Assembly (NCBI GenBank): GCA_004431415.1
Contig: QPMI01000686.1
Coordinates: 35,478 to 99,477 of the forward strand
DNA length: 64,000 nt
From: Cyanophora paradoxa CCMP329
Taxonomy: Eukaryota > Plantae > Glaucophyta
Reading direction: 5' to 3'
A program made the translations under genes and the position numbers. The notes under the pieces are model-generated. The model was not told the DNA's origin. It saw only the letters and a list, made by a program, of their open reading frames with translations, and made no database searches. Below, piece after piece: positions 36,301 to 47,237 of the stretch (position 1 is the first letter of the stretch; each line of letters starts with the position of its first letter).

Positions 36301-38519
36301 GCGGGAGCGGGGGCGGCTTCAGAAGTGGGGGCGAGCGGAGCGGGCGGGGCGGGGGGGCACCCGATGGCGGTGCGCACGCCGTGCTCCTTGAGGGCCGTCT
36401 GGATCTCCAGCGCTGCGCGCGGGCGCCGGCTCGGCGGCGCTGCGCGGCGCGCGCCGGCGCCGGGGGCCGCGCGCACCGCACTCGACGGCGCGCGCCGCGT
36501 CGTCCGTGTGCGTGAGCTGCGCGCGCGTCGGGCGGGGCCGGGCCGGGCCGGGGCGGGGGCTGGGGCGGGGCGGACCGGCCAGAGGCCGAAGGCGGCGACG
36601 GCGAGGAGGCCCTTGTCGTCCTGGAACTGCGCCCCGCCGCGGGATCGGCCCCGCCCCGCCCCGCTCGACCCCTGGCGCCGGCGGCGCGGCGCACCACCTG
36701 GTGCAGGGAGCCCTCGTGGCGGTACAGAGCGACCTGCGGCGGGGGCGCCACATGAGGGCGGGCGGGCTGCGGGCGGGCGAGCGGCGGGCGGGGGCACCTG
36801 CAGCGCGCGGACGGCCCGCTGCACCCCCTCGGCGGTCTCCGGCATACCCCCCAGCTTCACGAACTGCGGCGGGGGGAGGATCGGCCCCGGGAGGGGTAGC
36901 GCGCCCTCGAGGGGCGCTGCGGGGGGTACCAGGACGGAGGCGACGCGGAACTCGGACAGAAAGGCGGGAAACGAGACCCAGTCCTTCACCGTACCCATCC
37001 TCCCCCGCACCGTGTAGGGGCTGATGGGGGGGGATCAGGGGGTGCGGGCGGGGGCCGGGGTACGGCGTACACGTAGAGGGAGATCTCGGCGGCCTCCTCG
37101 GGGGGCGTGGGGGGAGGCGTCGGGGCGAAGGAGTGGGGCGGGGCGTCGGCGAGGGCGGCGAGAGCGTCGGCGGAGGCGGCGGTGGCGACGGCGGCGGCGG
37201 AGGCGCGCAGCCGCGTCGAGCGCGTCGAGCGGCTCGTCGAGGCGCCCTCCGACTTGCGGCTCCGCGTGGAGAAGCTCGCGGGGGGCGCCGGCACGAGCGC
37301 CCCGGGCGGCAGCAGCCGCAGCGCCGACGCGCACACCGCCACCTCCCCCGCCTTGATCTCTGCGGCGCCGGCCTTCAGCGCCGCGGGGCGGGGGCGCGGG
37401 TCGGGGGCGGGGCGTGAGGCGGGGGGCGGGGCGGGGGCGGGGGCGGGGGCAGACCGGCGAGGGCGACGCCAGCCTCTTCGATGGCGGGGGACGTGAGCAC
37501 GTGGACCATCCGCCTGCGCGCCCTCAGCCGCCCCGCCCGCCCCGCGGGGGGCGCTGCCGTCGCACCCGGGCACGGGCCGCCCGTTGGCCTCCTGCACGCC
37601 CGGCAGCCCGTCGCCGCCGCTGCCGGCGAAGTACTCGCGGAAGCGGCCGGCTGCGGGGAATGGCGGGGCGGGTCGCGCGGGGCGCGGGGCGGGGCGGGGC
37701 GGGGCGCGGACCGGCGACGGCGACGCGGAGGCGAAGGGAGGCGGCCATGCCGCCGACGGAGTGGCGGCGGAAGGCCGCCTGCACGCGCAGGCCGCACAGC
37801 GCCGCCCGCGCCGCCAGCGCCGCCAGCGCCCCCGCCCCATCCTCCCCGCCCGGCGCCAGCCACAGCACCTGCCCCGCGCGCCCCGCGCCGCCTCAGCCCC
37901 CGCCGCTGCAGCGCCGGCCCCGGGGCGATGGACGGGCCTCGATGGCGTCCCCGAGGAAGCAGACGACCTCGCCCCCGTGCTGCTCCACGATCCCCATCTG
38001 CGCCCCGGCCCCGCTCGCCCCCGCGCGCCGGTGCGGGGCGGGGGCGCGCGCCTCGGTCGAGAAGCAGCGGTTGATGGTGTTGCAGAGCTCCTCCACCATC
38101 GACTCGTCCTCCGCGCACCGCTCGCACAGCGCCGAGAAACCTGGCCCCGCCCCCGCCCCGCACCTCGGCCGGCCTGCCCGCCCCCGCCCCGCGCGCTGCC
38201 GACGCGCACCGCTGATGTCCAACAGGCTCACGACGCCCGGCCTGCCGTCGCCGCCGCGGCCGCTGGACTCCCCCCCAGCCGCACTCGTCCCGCCCTCGCG
38301 GCCAGCGTCCGGTGCCCCCGCCTGGGCATGGGAATCGGCCGCGGCCGCCGATCCCGCGGCCAGACGCCGCCGAGCGATATGCTCCACCACGGCCCTGATT
38401 GCACGTGCACGAGAGATGAGCCAGGACTGCAGCAGCGCTAGCGCATGCGCGAGCTCGAGGCGGGCGCGGCGGGCGCACCGGCTGACAAAGGGGCGCGCAA
38501 GCTCGGCCACCGAAGTCAT
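30333..38519 (-). CDS. Soluble adenylyl cyclase-like protein (two class III cyclase domains + STAND P-loop NTPase + TPR-like region; ADCY10-like)
   Basis: C1: LLDIS-GFSAL and HGGEVVCFLGDA. C2: SEFRVASVL-FVKL, QDDKG, DDAARAV, IG-VTTGVV, YSVFGT-VPNRA-ARLM, LKG. P-loop GAGKSSL; LLLILE-DLHHAD; GLPYLVVEL; LVARLDRL; YAFHQPLMQ-ECAYSLL. Confidence 0.85.
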
Positions 38520-38873
38520 CCTGCTCGCGCCTGGGCGCCCCCGCGCGGGGATCGAAGCGCGTTGACAGGTCCAACGTGCCCGGGGCCCCGGTCTTCAGGA
38601 CCGTACGGAGCTGCAGCTGGCGCCCGCGCGGTTGCAGGGCTTTGTTCCCATCGCTAGGCCAGCCAAAGCTTCTGCAGCTGTTAGGCTAACTCACCGGTCG
38701 TACCACCGTGGCACCGTGGAACTTGTCAGTCTAGCCTCTAGACTGTCTTCTAATAGCTGTCTCTAGCATGGTCTAGGGCCCTCCAGGCGTCTAGCGCGCA
38801 TGCGCATTGCAATTGCTGGGCAACTTGAACACTCTTCGACGAGTCTTCGTCACTGGCCCGGGCGGGCCGGGCC

Positions 38874-39559
38874 CAGTGCTGTCATCATGATGCACACATC
38901 ATGATCACGCCATCATGATGGGACGTCATTAACGCATCATGATGACCTCGGATTATGATGATCGTCATCATGATGTGAGGGGGGGTACCTATACAGTGCA
39001 CAAATCTCGTGTTTCTGGTCGCCTGCGCTGTTTTAACAACCTTTTATGCGATCTATACAGCTTAAAGACACCGTATATGCTAGTCAGAGGAGGTTTGGAG
39101 CGATTCTGACGATGCTGAAAGGCTGCTGTGGCGCCGTGGGGGGGTACAGGGAGCACCATCCTCTGCCGCTGGCGATGCAAGATCGCACCAATTCGCACTT
39201 TGAGAATGGGTGCAGAGACGCTTAGCTTAACACAGCTTTTAAAACACATAACACACTATCTTGACATTGAAGGAGGTTGATCAACCACTCCTCTGCCTCC
39301 AAAATCTTGGGAAGAGGGGGGTGTGGGCCTCTTTCAGGCCAACCCTGGGCCCAATATCTATCCATACTGGTCAGGAATTCGTCATAAACACGTCGCGATG
39401 CATTAGAAACGCGGCAGAGAGCCCGCGCATCGAAATAGGAGTGGGAAATGCCCTGGTAAACGATTCTGATCGCGGGAAGACGTCATGATCGATCATGATG
39501 GATCATAATTGACGCATCATGATGCCTCGACGGCCGTGTGCATCATGATGACAGCACTG
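38874..39559. mobile_element. Non-autonomous hAT-superfamily element (MITE), 686 bp
   Basis: Perfect 24-bp TIR CAGTGCTGTCATCATGATGCACAC (38874-38897; reverse complement 39536-39559). 8-bp TSD GCCGGGCC at 38866-38873 and 39560-39567. Subterminal ATCATGAT arrays at both ends. Confidence 0.93.
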
Positions 39560-41959
39560 GCCGGGCCCCGTGGCCCACTAGCTATAGTACTGGCAAACAG
39601 TGGCAATACCGCCGTTTATACCGGTATACTAGTAGCTTGCCAAGTTGCAAAGTTGCAGACTTGCAGTTGCTGCTGCACAATGCGCATATGCATGCATATG
39701 CCGCGCGCGCAGGCTCGGGCTGCCGGGCTGCTCAGCTGCGCATGCACTGCGGAGTCTGCGGCATGCCCGGCGGCCGGGGGCCGCAGATCTAGAGTCGGCG
39801 CAGACGTCGACGTCGAGTCGTCGACTCGAGCAGCAGAGTGACCAGATCTCGAGTCGAGCTCCGCCGGCGCCGGCCCCCGGGCGCCTCGAGCTCACGCTGA
39901 TCATGAGTCCCGCTGACTCCCGCAGACTGCCACTGTCTGCCAGGCTGCAGGCTGCAGCTGCGCCACAGCACGCCGGTCCGACTGGGCCGGGGCCGCGCCG
40001 GCGGCTGCATATTATACAGCAAATATATGCAGTTAACCGTATATCACCAAATATATAAATCTTTTAATCAAGACTTGCGTGACCTCACGGTCTTTGTCAT
40101 TGGCCAGGCGCACGTGTGCCTCACGTGTGTCGCCTATCAGCACTACCCCCCGCCTACGTTCGCCCAAACTTTCCGCCCGGCTAGCTGGCTCCGCTCGCTC
40201 CAGCGCTCGGCCTGCGCGCGCTCCGCGTGCTCGGGAAGCATGTTCGACGCTCTCGCTCGCTTGCCGCCTCCCGCCGCAGACAAACGCTCCTCGAAGGCGA
40301 TCCTGCGGCGCGCGTCTTCCGTCAACGTTCTCCCCGTGCTTTAGATGTGTGAACCAAGCTCTAGACGGGCCAGTGCGCCAGGCCTGCCGCTGGATCGGTC
40401 CCGGTTGTTCGAATCGCGGTTTCCGCCCATTGGACGCGGTTTCGCCGCCCCGGCGCCGCTCGTCTTGTTGTGTGCGCTTTCCCACCCTTATGCATGTATA
40501 ACAACGCCCTCATGTGCCCAGAAAGAGTGCCGCCCACGCCCCGCCCGCGCGGCGACAAACAGCGAGGTGCCTTGGACACGGGCCACATGGGCGAGCGCCA
40601 CATCGACGGGGGAGGGGCGTGGGTGGTTCTACAGGCTAGGAAACATGTCTGCGCACGCATCGGAATGCCGCTGCGTGTGATCCCCGCCCAGGGCCGCCGC
40701 CGAGGAGAAGGACCGCGCCTGGGTGGTGGTGGTGGTCCATTAGGCGGCGGCGAAATGGTCGCAGAAGAGAGCGGAAAGGAAGTATAGCACCTGTACATCA
40801 TGAAACGACGATGCGCGGCCGGCGGGCGAGCCCCCCGTCGTCAGGCGGCCGAGGATCAGAAAGTACTGCAGGCGCGGTTAGCAAGAGCATCCAGGGAAGG
40901 TGTGGACGCCGCTTGCGCACTCAACAGGAGTTAGAAGACATCCATGCGCGTGTTGTGTGTGCGCCCAGACCGAAGATTGTGGGTGGATAGGGAGCTCTGC
41001 GCTTCAAACGCGGGTGGTGTGAGAATCCTGGCGGACCGTAGCTGGCCGTCCGGACGCACGCTAATACGATCGAAAACATCGTTGGAAGTCTTCCGTGTGC
41101 ATCCAAAGCGGACCGCGAAGCGCGATGAACATGCTGCGGTCCCTCAAGTCAACATCACTTCTTAACCACCCACAAGTTTCGGGGCTTGTTAGGAAACAAA
41201 AGATGCGCCAACACACTAGCTAACGATACGAACCTGTGCGACGGAGCCAGCACACCTTTGTTTCACCAACTGCCGGCTAACTGCCGGAACTAACTGCCGT
41301 TGCGGGCTCGCTGCTCCGGAGCATCCTACCGCGCGTGCTGAGAGCCTTGCCCATGCGCCTGGCTGCCCTGGCTGCCCAGGCTGCTTGCTGCCACGCACGA
41401 CGTCACGGGTACGGTGAGCTTCGTGCGCTGTTTAGAGTGCGAACGAAACCTCACCGTACCCACAAAGTTGAGTTGGAATTTGCATACTACTGCGAGTCGA
41501 GTCAAAAAGTCCGAGTCAAAAACTCGAGCGATTTGCCTGATTGGTCAAAAAGGACTCGGAATTACTCAATCCACCGGCGCAGGTCCTGTTGGACCGGCGT
41601 GCTGTGGCTGGGGCCGCAGGCCCGCAGTGCGCATGCGCACGTCCGCGAGCGTTGCAATTCGAATTCGGAATTCGAAGTTGCATGTTGCAACCTTGAACTT
41701 CTAAATCTGTACCCAGATCTATGCGGATGCGTACCCCCGCCACCTCGGCGGGTACAGGTGATCTTGACAGCAGCCGCGTGTGAATCCGAAGCCCCCTTCA
41801 TTCGCTGCCAGCGCAGCGGGCGGCTCGCAACCTTTTGGGGGCGGCAGGCGGCTGTCGGTGGTTCTTCCTTATCAGGCCTCAGCCGGTCAAGCGCGCGTGT
41901 CTGGTTCTTCCTCATCAGGCGTCAGCCGGCCGCTTGCGAGCAGTTGAAGAAGCCTCAGC

Positions 41960-43773
41960 TTCACCTGTCTCCGGCGTATCGCTGCGCTTGAAGATCAGCC
42001 TGGAGGGATCGCGGGCTCGGCGGCGCCGGCACCGGTACCGCGGCCGCCAGAACCAGTCGTTGAACCAGTTTTGCAGAGCGCGCGTGCCGTGCGTACGGAG
42101 AGTTCAGCTGCAGTTGAGCATTCCATGGACGTCGAGGCGCCGAGCCTCGGGTCAAGCGGGCCATCGGCTTCGCCCTCGCAGAGTCGGGCGACGCGGCCGC
42201 GGCGTTGGGGCAGCACGAGCGCGCGGCGTCTCTGTATCTGGCCGCCATTTCGGCGGATCCCACGTTCACGCGTTCCTACATCAACTGCGCCGTGTCGTCT
42301 TTCGCGTGCGAGAAGTTCGAGCAGGCGCTGCACATGGCTCAGAGGGCCCTCGTCGTCGGCGGCGGTAAGACGAGATCCAATGGCAAGCGAAGGTCTGATC
42401 CACTCCGCCCACCGTTTACACGCATCTGAGCGCCTGCCGGCGTCAGCATGTCGGCTCGCGCGCACTACATATCTGGTATGGCGCTCTACAAGCTGGGCCC
42501 GGGCGGCTGCGGGACGCGAAGCACCACCTCCAGCGCTACCTGGACGTCTGCAGCGGTGCGCCGCGGGACGCGGAGCGGAGGAGGTGGACGCGACGCTGAA
42601 GCGCATCGCGGCGCTCTGCCCGCCTCGCCCAGCAAGAAGAGCCTGGGCTCCGACTTCTCTACCTCCATCCTGCAGTGCGCCTCGGATCGAATCCGACCCG
42701 GTGCCGCGCCGCTCCGAGCCGGCGGCGCGCAGGCTGCCAGAGGAGGTCCTCGCGCGCGTCTTCGCGCACCTCAGCCCGCGGAGGTCGCCCGCCAGCGCGC
42801 CGTCTGCTCCTCCTTCCGCAGCGCCGCCGACGGCCTCCTGCGCATCGCCCGCGCGTCCGCATCCGCCGGGGCGCGTTCCGGCCGCCTTCCCTCCCTTCGG
42901 CCCGGTCGATCGAGCGAAGCCGCCGCGCAGGTCTCTTCGCTGGCAGTGCTCGGGCCGGTCGTGTATGCTGCCGTCGGGGGCGACATCGCGAGGTCCGACC
43001 GGGCGCCGGAGTTCGCGTATGCCCGACGCCTGAGCCCGGACCCTCCAGAATGGATCGGTCGGACGGGCGGCTGCTGGAGCCGCTCGCGGGCGCCCACACC
43101 GCCGCGATCCAGGCGCGCCGTACCCTCTCGGGATTTCATCCCGCGGCCGGCCTCTCTCCGACGCCTCACCGTCGCCCCTCAGGTGCTCCGGACGCACGGC
43201 GGCGCCCTCTTCAGCGCCGGCCTCGACGGGTGCATCGTCGCGTGGGACACCGCGTGCGCCCGCCCCCGCCCCCGCCCCCCGCCCCCGTCTTCTCTCGCGC
43301 GGGGCCCTCATATCGTGCGCCTTGCGCCGCAGGCGCGGGGCCCCGGCGTACCGCATCGTTCCGCCGTGCGAAGCGGAGGGCGCGGCGGCGGGTGCGGCGG
43401 TTGTGCCCCTCAGCGTCCCCTCCTCACCGACCCGCAAGCCCGGCCGCCCGCCCATCTCGGCGCGCCCCGCCCCGCCCACCCGCCCCGCCCCTGCACGAGG
43501 CACGCGACTCACGCACCCGCAGGACATCGCGTTCGCCGCCGGCCGCATGCTGGTGGCCTTCCGTGGAGAGGAGGCCGTGTGGGAGTACGCCCCGGTGGGC
43601 CGGAGACCGCACCCGCTGAGCTTTCTGGTACCCGCCATGCAGTGGCTGACGCGCGCGGCGCGTGCAGGCGCGGCCTGCGCGGGCGCCGAGGGCGGCGGGG
43701 CCTGGACCCGCCGCTTCGAGAGCCCAAGGGAGCGCATCACGTGCATGTGCCTTCTCGGAACCGGTACCCGAAG

Positions 43774-43810
<37 letters not shown>

Positions 43811-44401
43811 GCGTCCCCCGCGCGTCGCCGAGGCGAGTGCGGGCGGGGCGCGGGCAGAGCTGCTGGCGACGGCGTCGCGCTCGACGACGGGCCGGGAGGC
43901 CTTCGTGCGGGTCTGGCGCCTCGGGGCGGGGGCGCCGGAGGGCGAGGGCGAGAGCCAGGGGCCCCTGGCCGAGGTGGCTGCCGGGCCCGCCGTCGTCGGG
44001 CCCTCGCGGGCACCCCCACCGAGCTCTTCACGGGCACCGCCAAGGTCCGCATCCGCCCGCTCCGGCGCGGCGCGGCGCAGCGCGGAGCGGAGCGGAGCGG
44101 CGGTGGGGCGCTGCTGATGGCGATGCGGGTGGGGGCAGGGGCGGGTGCGGCGGTGGGCGGTGCCGGAGGGCCGGTGCGCGGCGACGCTGCAGGCGGGGGC
44201 GACGACGTGGCGGCGCTGGCCCTCGCCGCGCCCGCCCTCCTCGCCTGCGCCTCCCGTGCCGGCGCCCTCCGCCTCCTCCGCACCGGCGGCCCAGGCGACG
44301 GCCCCGGCCCCCGCTCGGGCCCCGCCAGAGAGTGGGAGCTGGACGCCGGCCCCGGCCGCCTGGGGCCCGTCACGCGTGCGCTCTGCCGCGCTGCCTCGTA
44401 G
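41960..44401 (+). CDS. TPR + F-box + WD40-like protein; start uncertain, several indels
   Basis: TPR: ESGDAAAALGQHERAASLYLAAISADPTFTRSYINCAVSSFACEKFEQAL, ARAHYISGMALYKLG. F-box: RLPEEVLARVFAHLS..EVARQRAVCSSFRSAA. WD40: AHTAAIQ-VLRTHGGALFSAGLDGCIVAWD. Confidence 0.7.
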
Positions 44402-45799
44402 CCTTGGCTGGAGGGGCCGGGCGGGGCTGAGAGGCCGGCGCGCAGCTGCACGCCGAGGAGGGCTCCCTCTGCCTCGGCACCGCGCTCGCTTCGTGCCGCC
44501 TACAGCTTCGCCCTCGCCGCCTCCCTCTAGCGCCCGACGACGCCGATCGCGATCCAGCCATCATCGCATTTGTCGTGTACGTAGTGTATAGCCGCCACTC
44601 GAGCTCGCCCGGCCCGGCCGCGGCGCTGTGCCGCTGCATGTGCAGCCGGCCGCCGGGCGCCGCACTGCGGCAGGCGCGCGCGGCCCGGCGATGGCAATGA
44701 CGTCGACGGGCATGAATTTCAGCTAGCGCTGCATGCGCAGACGCGTACGTCGACGCGTACGGTGCCAGTCGGATGACTCGGATCCCCTATATATATAGCT
44801 AGGCCTCATGATCATATGCATCACGGCAGCTGTGAGTCAATTGCAAGCTCATATGCATGATCATCGCGGCATCCCATATATATTATATTCCTAGTCCTGG
44901 AATATTCGCCAACGGCTCAATTTGTATATACCCCTTCATATGCCGCCTCGTCAAATCCGTTTCCCTGCGGCCACGACCGGGATTGCCGCCGGAACGAATT
45001 GGAGACAACCGGGAACGGCCTCCTCTACGCGCTCGAGCTCGCGCGAGCCCGTAGCTCGCCCGGCTGCCGAGAACGGAGACATACATCGTGCATATGCAAG
45101 TCCATGCATGTCGCCGGAGCGCGCCGCCGGGCACCCGAAAATGCTCGCGCATGCGTTTTTCAACTCCCGACCGCGCGCGAGGCCTTAACTCGCGCTGGCA
45201 TTCGAATTCCGGCCGCGTTCGAACCGCGGTTCTAAAAAACCGCGGGGGTATGCGCAACGGGGCCCAGCTGCTCGTAAAGCGCAGTCTGCAGCTGCAGCCT
45301 GCAGCGCACAGCAGACGCAGTCGCGAGGCAGCAGCACAGTCTTTTTGCCTTTCGGGGCCGTGCGCCGGTCGGGAGAGAGCGTCTTCAGGTGAATTCCTCG
45401 AGCTCTGCGCCCGCGGCTGACATCGCGCCCGCACCGCGGCTCGCAACATCGTTCATCTCCTCCCGATCTGCTTATTCACGCGCTGCGGTCTGCGCCGGTT
45501 CACGGACCGCGCAGGGCTTGAACACTCCCATCGCGCGCCTCTGGCTCGCTGGCCGGCCTGGATAGACGATCGGCTCCTTGAAGCATCAGAGGATGTACGC
45601 TATTGCTTGGATGGCTCTGCGCTGGCCGCCCTGACCGCGCTGGCCGCAGTGGGACGTCCGATTCAGGCGAACTGAAAAAGCTCGCCCTGCCTGGGGCTAT
45701 CAATGCCCCCCGGACGGCAAGTGCTCACATCGTGCATGGTGCGCTCGCCCCGCCCGGCAGGTTCACTTGAAGTCTCACGGGTTCCTTCACAGACGGCGG

Positions 45800-46480
45800 A
45801 CCTCGCTCTTTGGGCCAGGTGAGCCGGCGGCGCGGCCGAATGACTCTCGCGTCGATCTCTGAGATATTCACCCGCAGATGCCCTCCGTAGCGCGCGCTCG
45901 CAGCCCGCGGGGCGCCCAAGCGCATCGAGAGCTAGGGGCTCGTCAAGCGGGCCTCGCTCTTTGGGCCAGGTGAGCCGGCGGCGCGGCCGGACGGCTGTCG
46001 CAACTATCTCTGAGATATCTGCACGCAGACGCCCTCCGTAGCGCGCGCCCGCAGCCCGCGGGCGCCAAGCGCATCGAGAGCTAGGGGCTCGTCCGGAGGG
46101 CCTCGCTCTTTGGGCCAGGTGAGCCGGCGGCGCGGCCGGACGGCTCTCGCAACTATCTCTGAGATATCCGCACGCAGACGCCCTCCGTAGCGCGCGCCCG
46201 CAGCCCGCGGGGCGCCGAAGCGCATCGAGAGCTAGGGGCTCGTCAAGCGGGCCTCGCTCTTTGGGCCAGGTGAGCCGGCGGCGCGGCCGGGCGGCTCTCG
46301 CAACGGTCTCTGAGATATCCGCACGCAGACGCCCTCCGTGGCGCGCGCCCGCAGCCCGCGGGGCGCCGAAGCGCATCGAGAGCTAGGGGCTCGTCCGGCG
46401 GGCCTCGCTCTTTGGGCCAGGTGAGCCGGCGGCGCGGCCGGGCGGCTCTCGCAACTATCTCTGAGATGTCCGCCCGCAGA
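45800..46480. repeat. Tandem repeat, about 151-bp unit, about 4.5 copies
   Basis: CCTCGCTCTTTGGGCCAGGTGAGCCGG recurs at 45801, 45952, 46101, 46252 and 46403. Confidence 0.95.
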
Positions 46481-46980
46481 TGTCCGCGGGGCGCAGTCCG
46501 CGAGAGCTCGGGGCTTGTGCTCTCCAGGACTCAGGGACTTAGTGCAGGATCTGATCCCATTCCCCCTTCTTCCCCGTGAATTTGGATTTCTTCCCCTTCG
46601 TAATTTCTTGCTCATCGATTCGAAATGATACTCATGCTTTTTTTTCCATCAACTTGTTCCTGATGCCACATCCCCCCGGGTCCACACCCACCCCTCACGA
46701 GCCCCACCCCCTACGCCTCGGGAAAATCTGTGTCGAAGGCCCCACATGCTATGACAGGGCGTAGGGACTTTGAGAACCTGGATATATATACGTTTAAACG
46801 TTTACGTATACGTATACGTATACGTATGCGTACGTATACTACGGTAGCATTGCAATTGCACGCGCGGCACTTGAGGCTCAATCTCGCTCGCGGCTGCATG
46901 TACATTGCGCATGCGGCCGGCGCGGCGAGGCCGACGCATGCAGCGAAGCTGCAGCTGGATGTGGAATCAGGTCATATTGT

Positions 46981-47089
46981 TGTAGTGCGCCAAATAAAAT
47001 GGCGCGCCATCTTATTTTTATGGCGCACGCTTTTGAGCCATCGCAGAAAAAAAGGCGCCGGCCAGCGCAGCCGGAGCTTTGCGTTGGGG
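46981..47089 (+). repeat. Left terminal inverted repeat
   Basis: Reverse complement of 57018-57124 apart from a few small differences, mostly homopolymer length. Confidence 0.95.
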
Positions 47090-47237
47090 AGTACTGCTAG
47101 GCTAGCTGTCGCGATCGAAATCGCCTATCATTATAGCCTACCGCCGGGCTACCGGTATAGGACCGCACTGGCGGGAAGCGGTCGGGGAGCCGCGCGCGCG
47201 CACCGAGCCCGAAGGCGCGGCCCTAGGCACATCAGCA

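Noticed and set aside
30034-38574. Very long Arg/Pro/Gly/Ala-rich ORFs on both strands (e.g. 32146-34455, 32937-35609, 19822-21789, 41995-44451)
   Set aside because: Artefacts of extreme GC content and stop-poor introns. The real coding signal is short exons switching between frames.
40100-41200. Possible gene remnant with coding-like patches and splice-like sites
   Set aside because: Stops in all plausible frames and no recognisable family; not supportable as a feature.
45663-46376. ORFs with a repeated 50-aa unit (RRRLTWPKERGP...)
   Set aside because: Translation of the 151-bp satellite. The unit is not a multiple of three and the frame shifts between copies.
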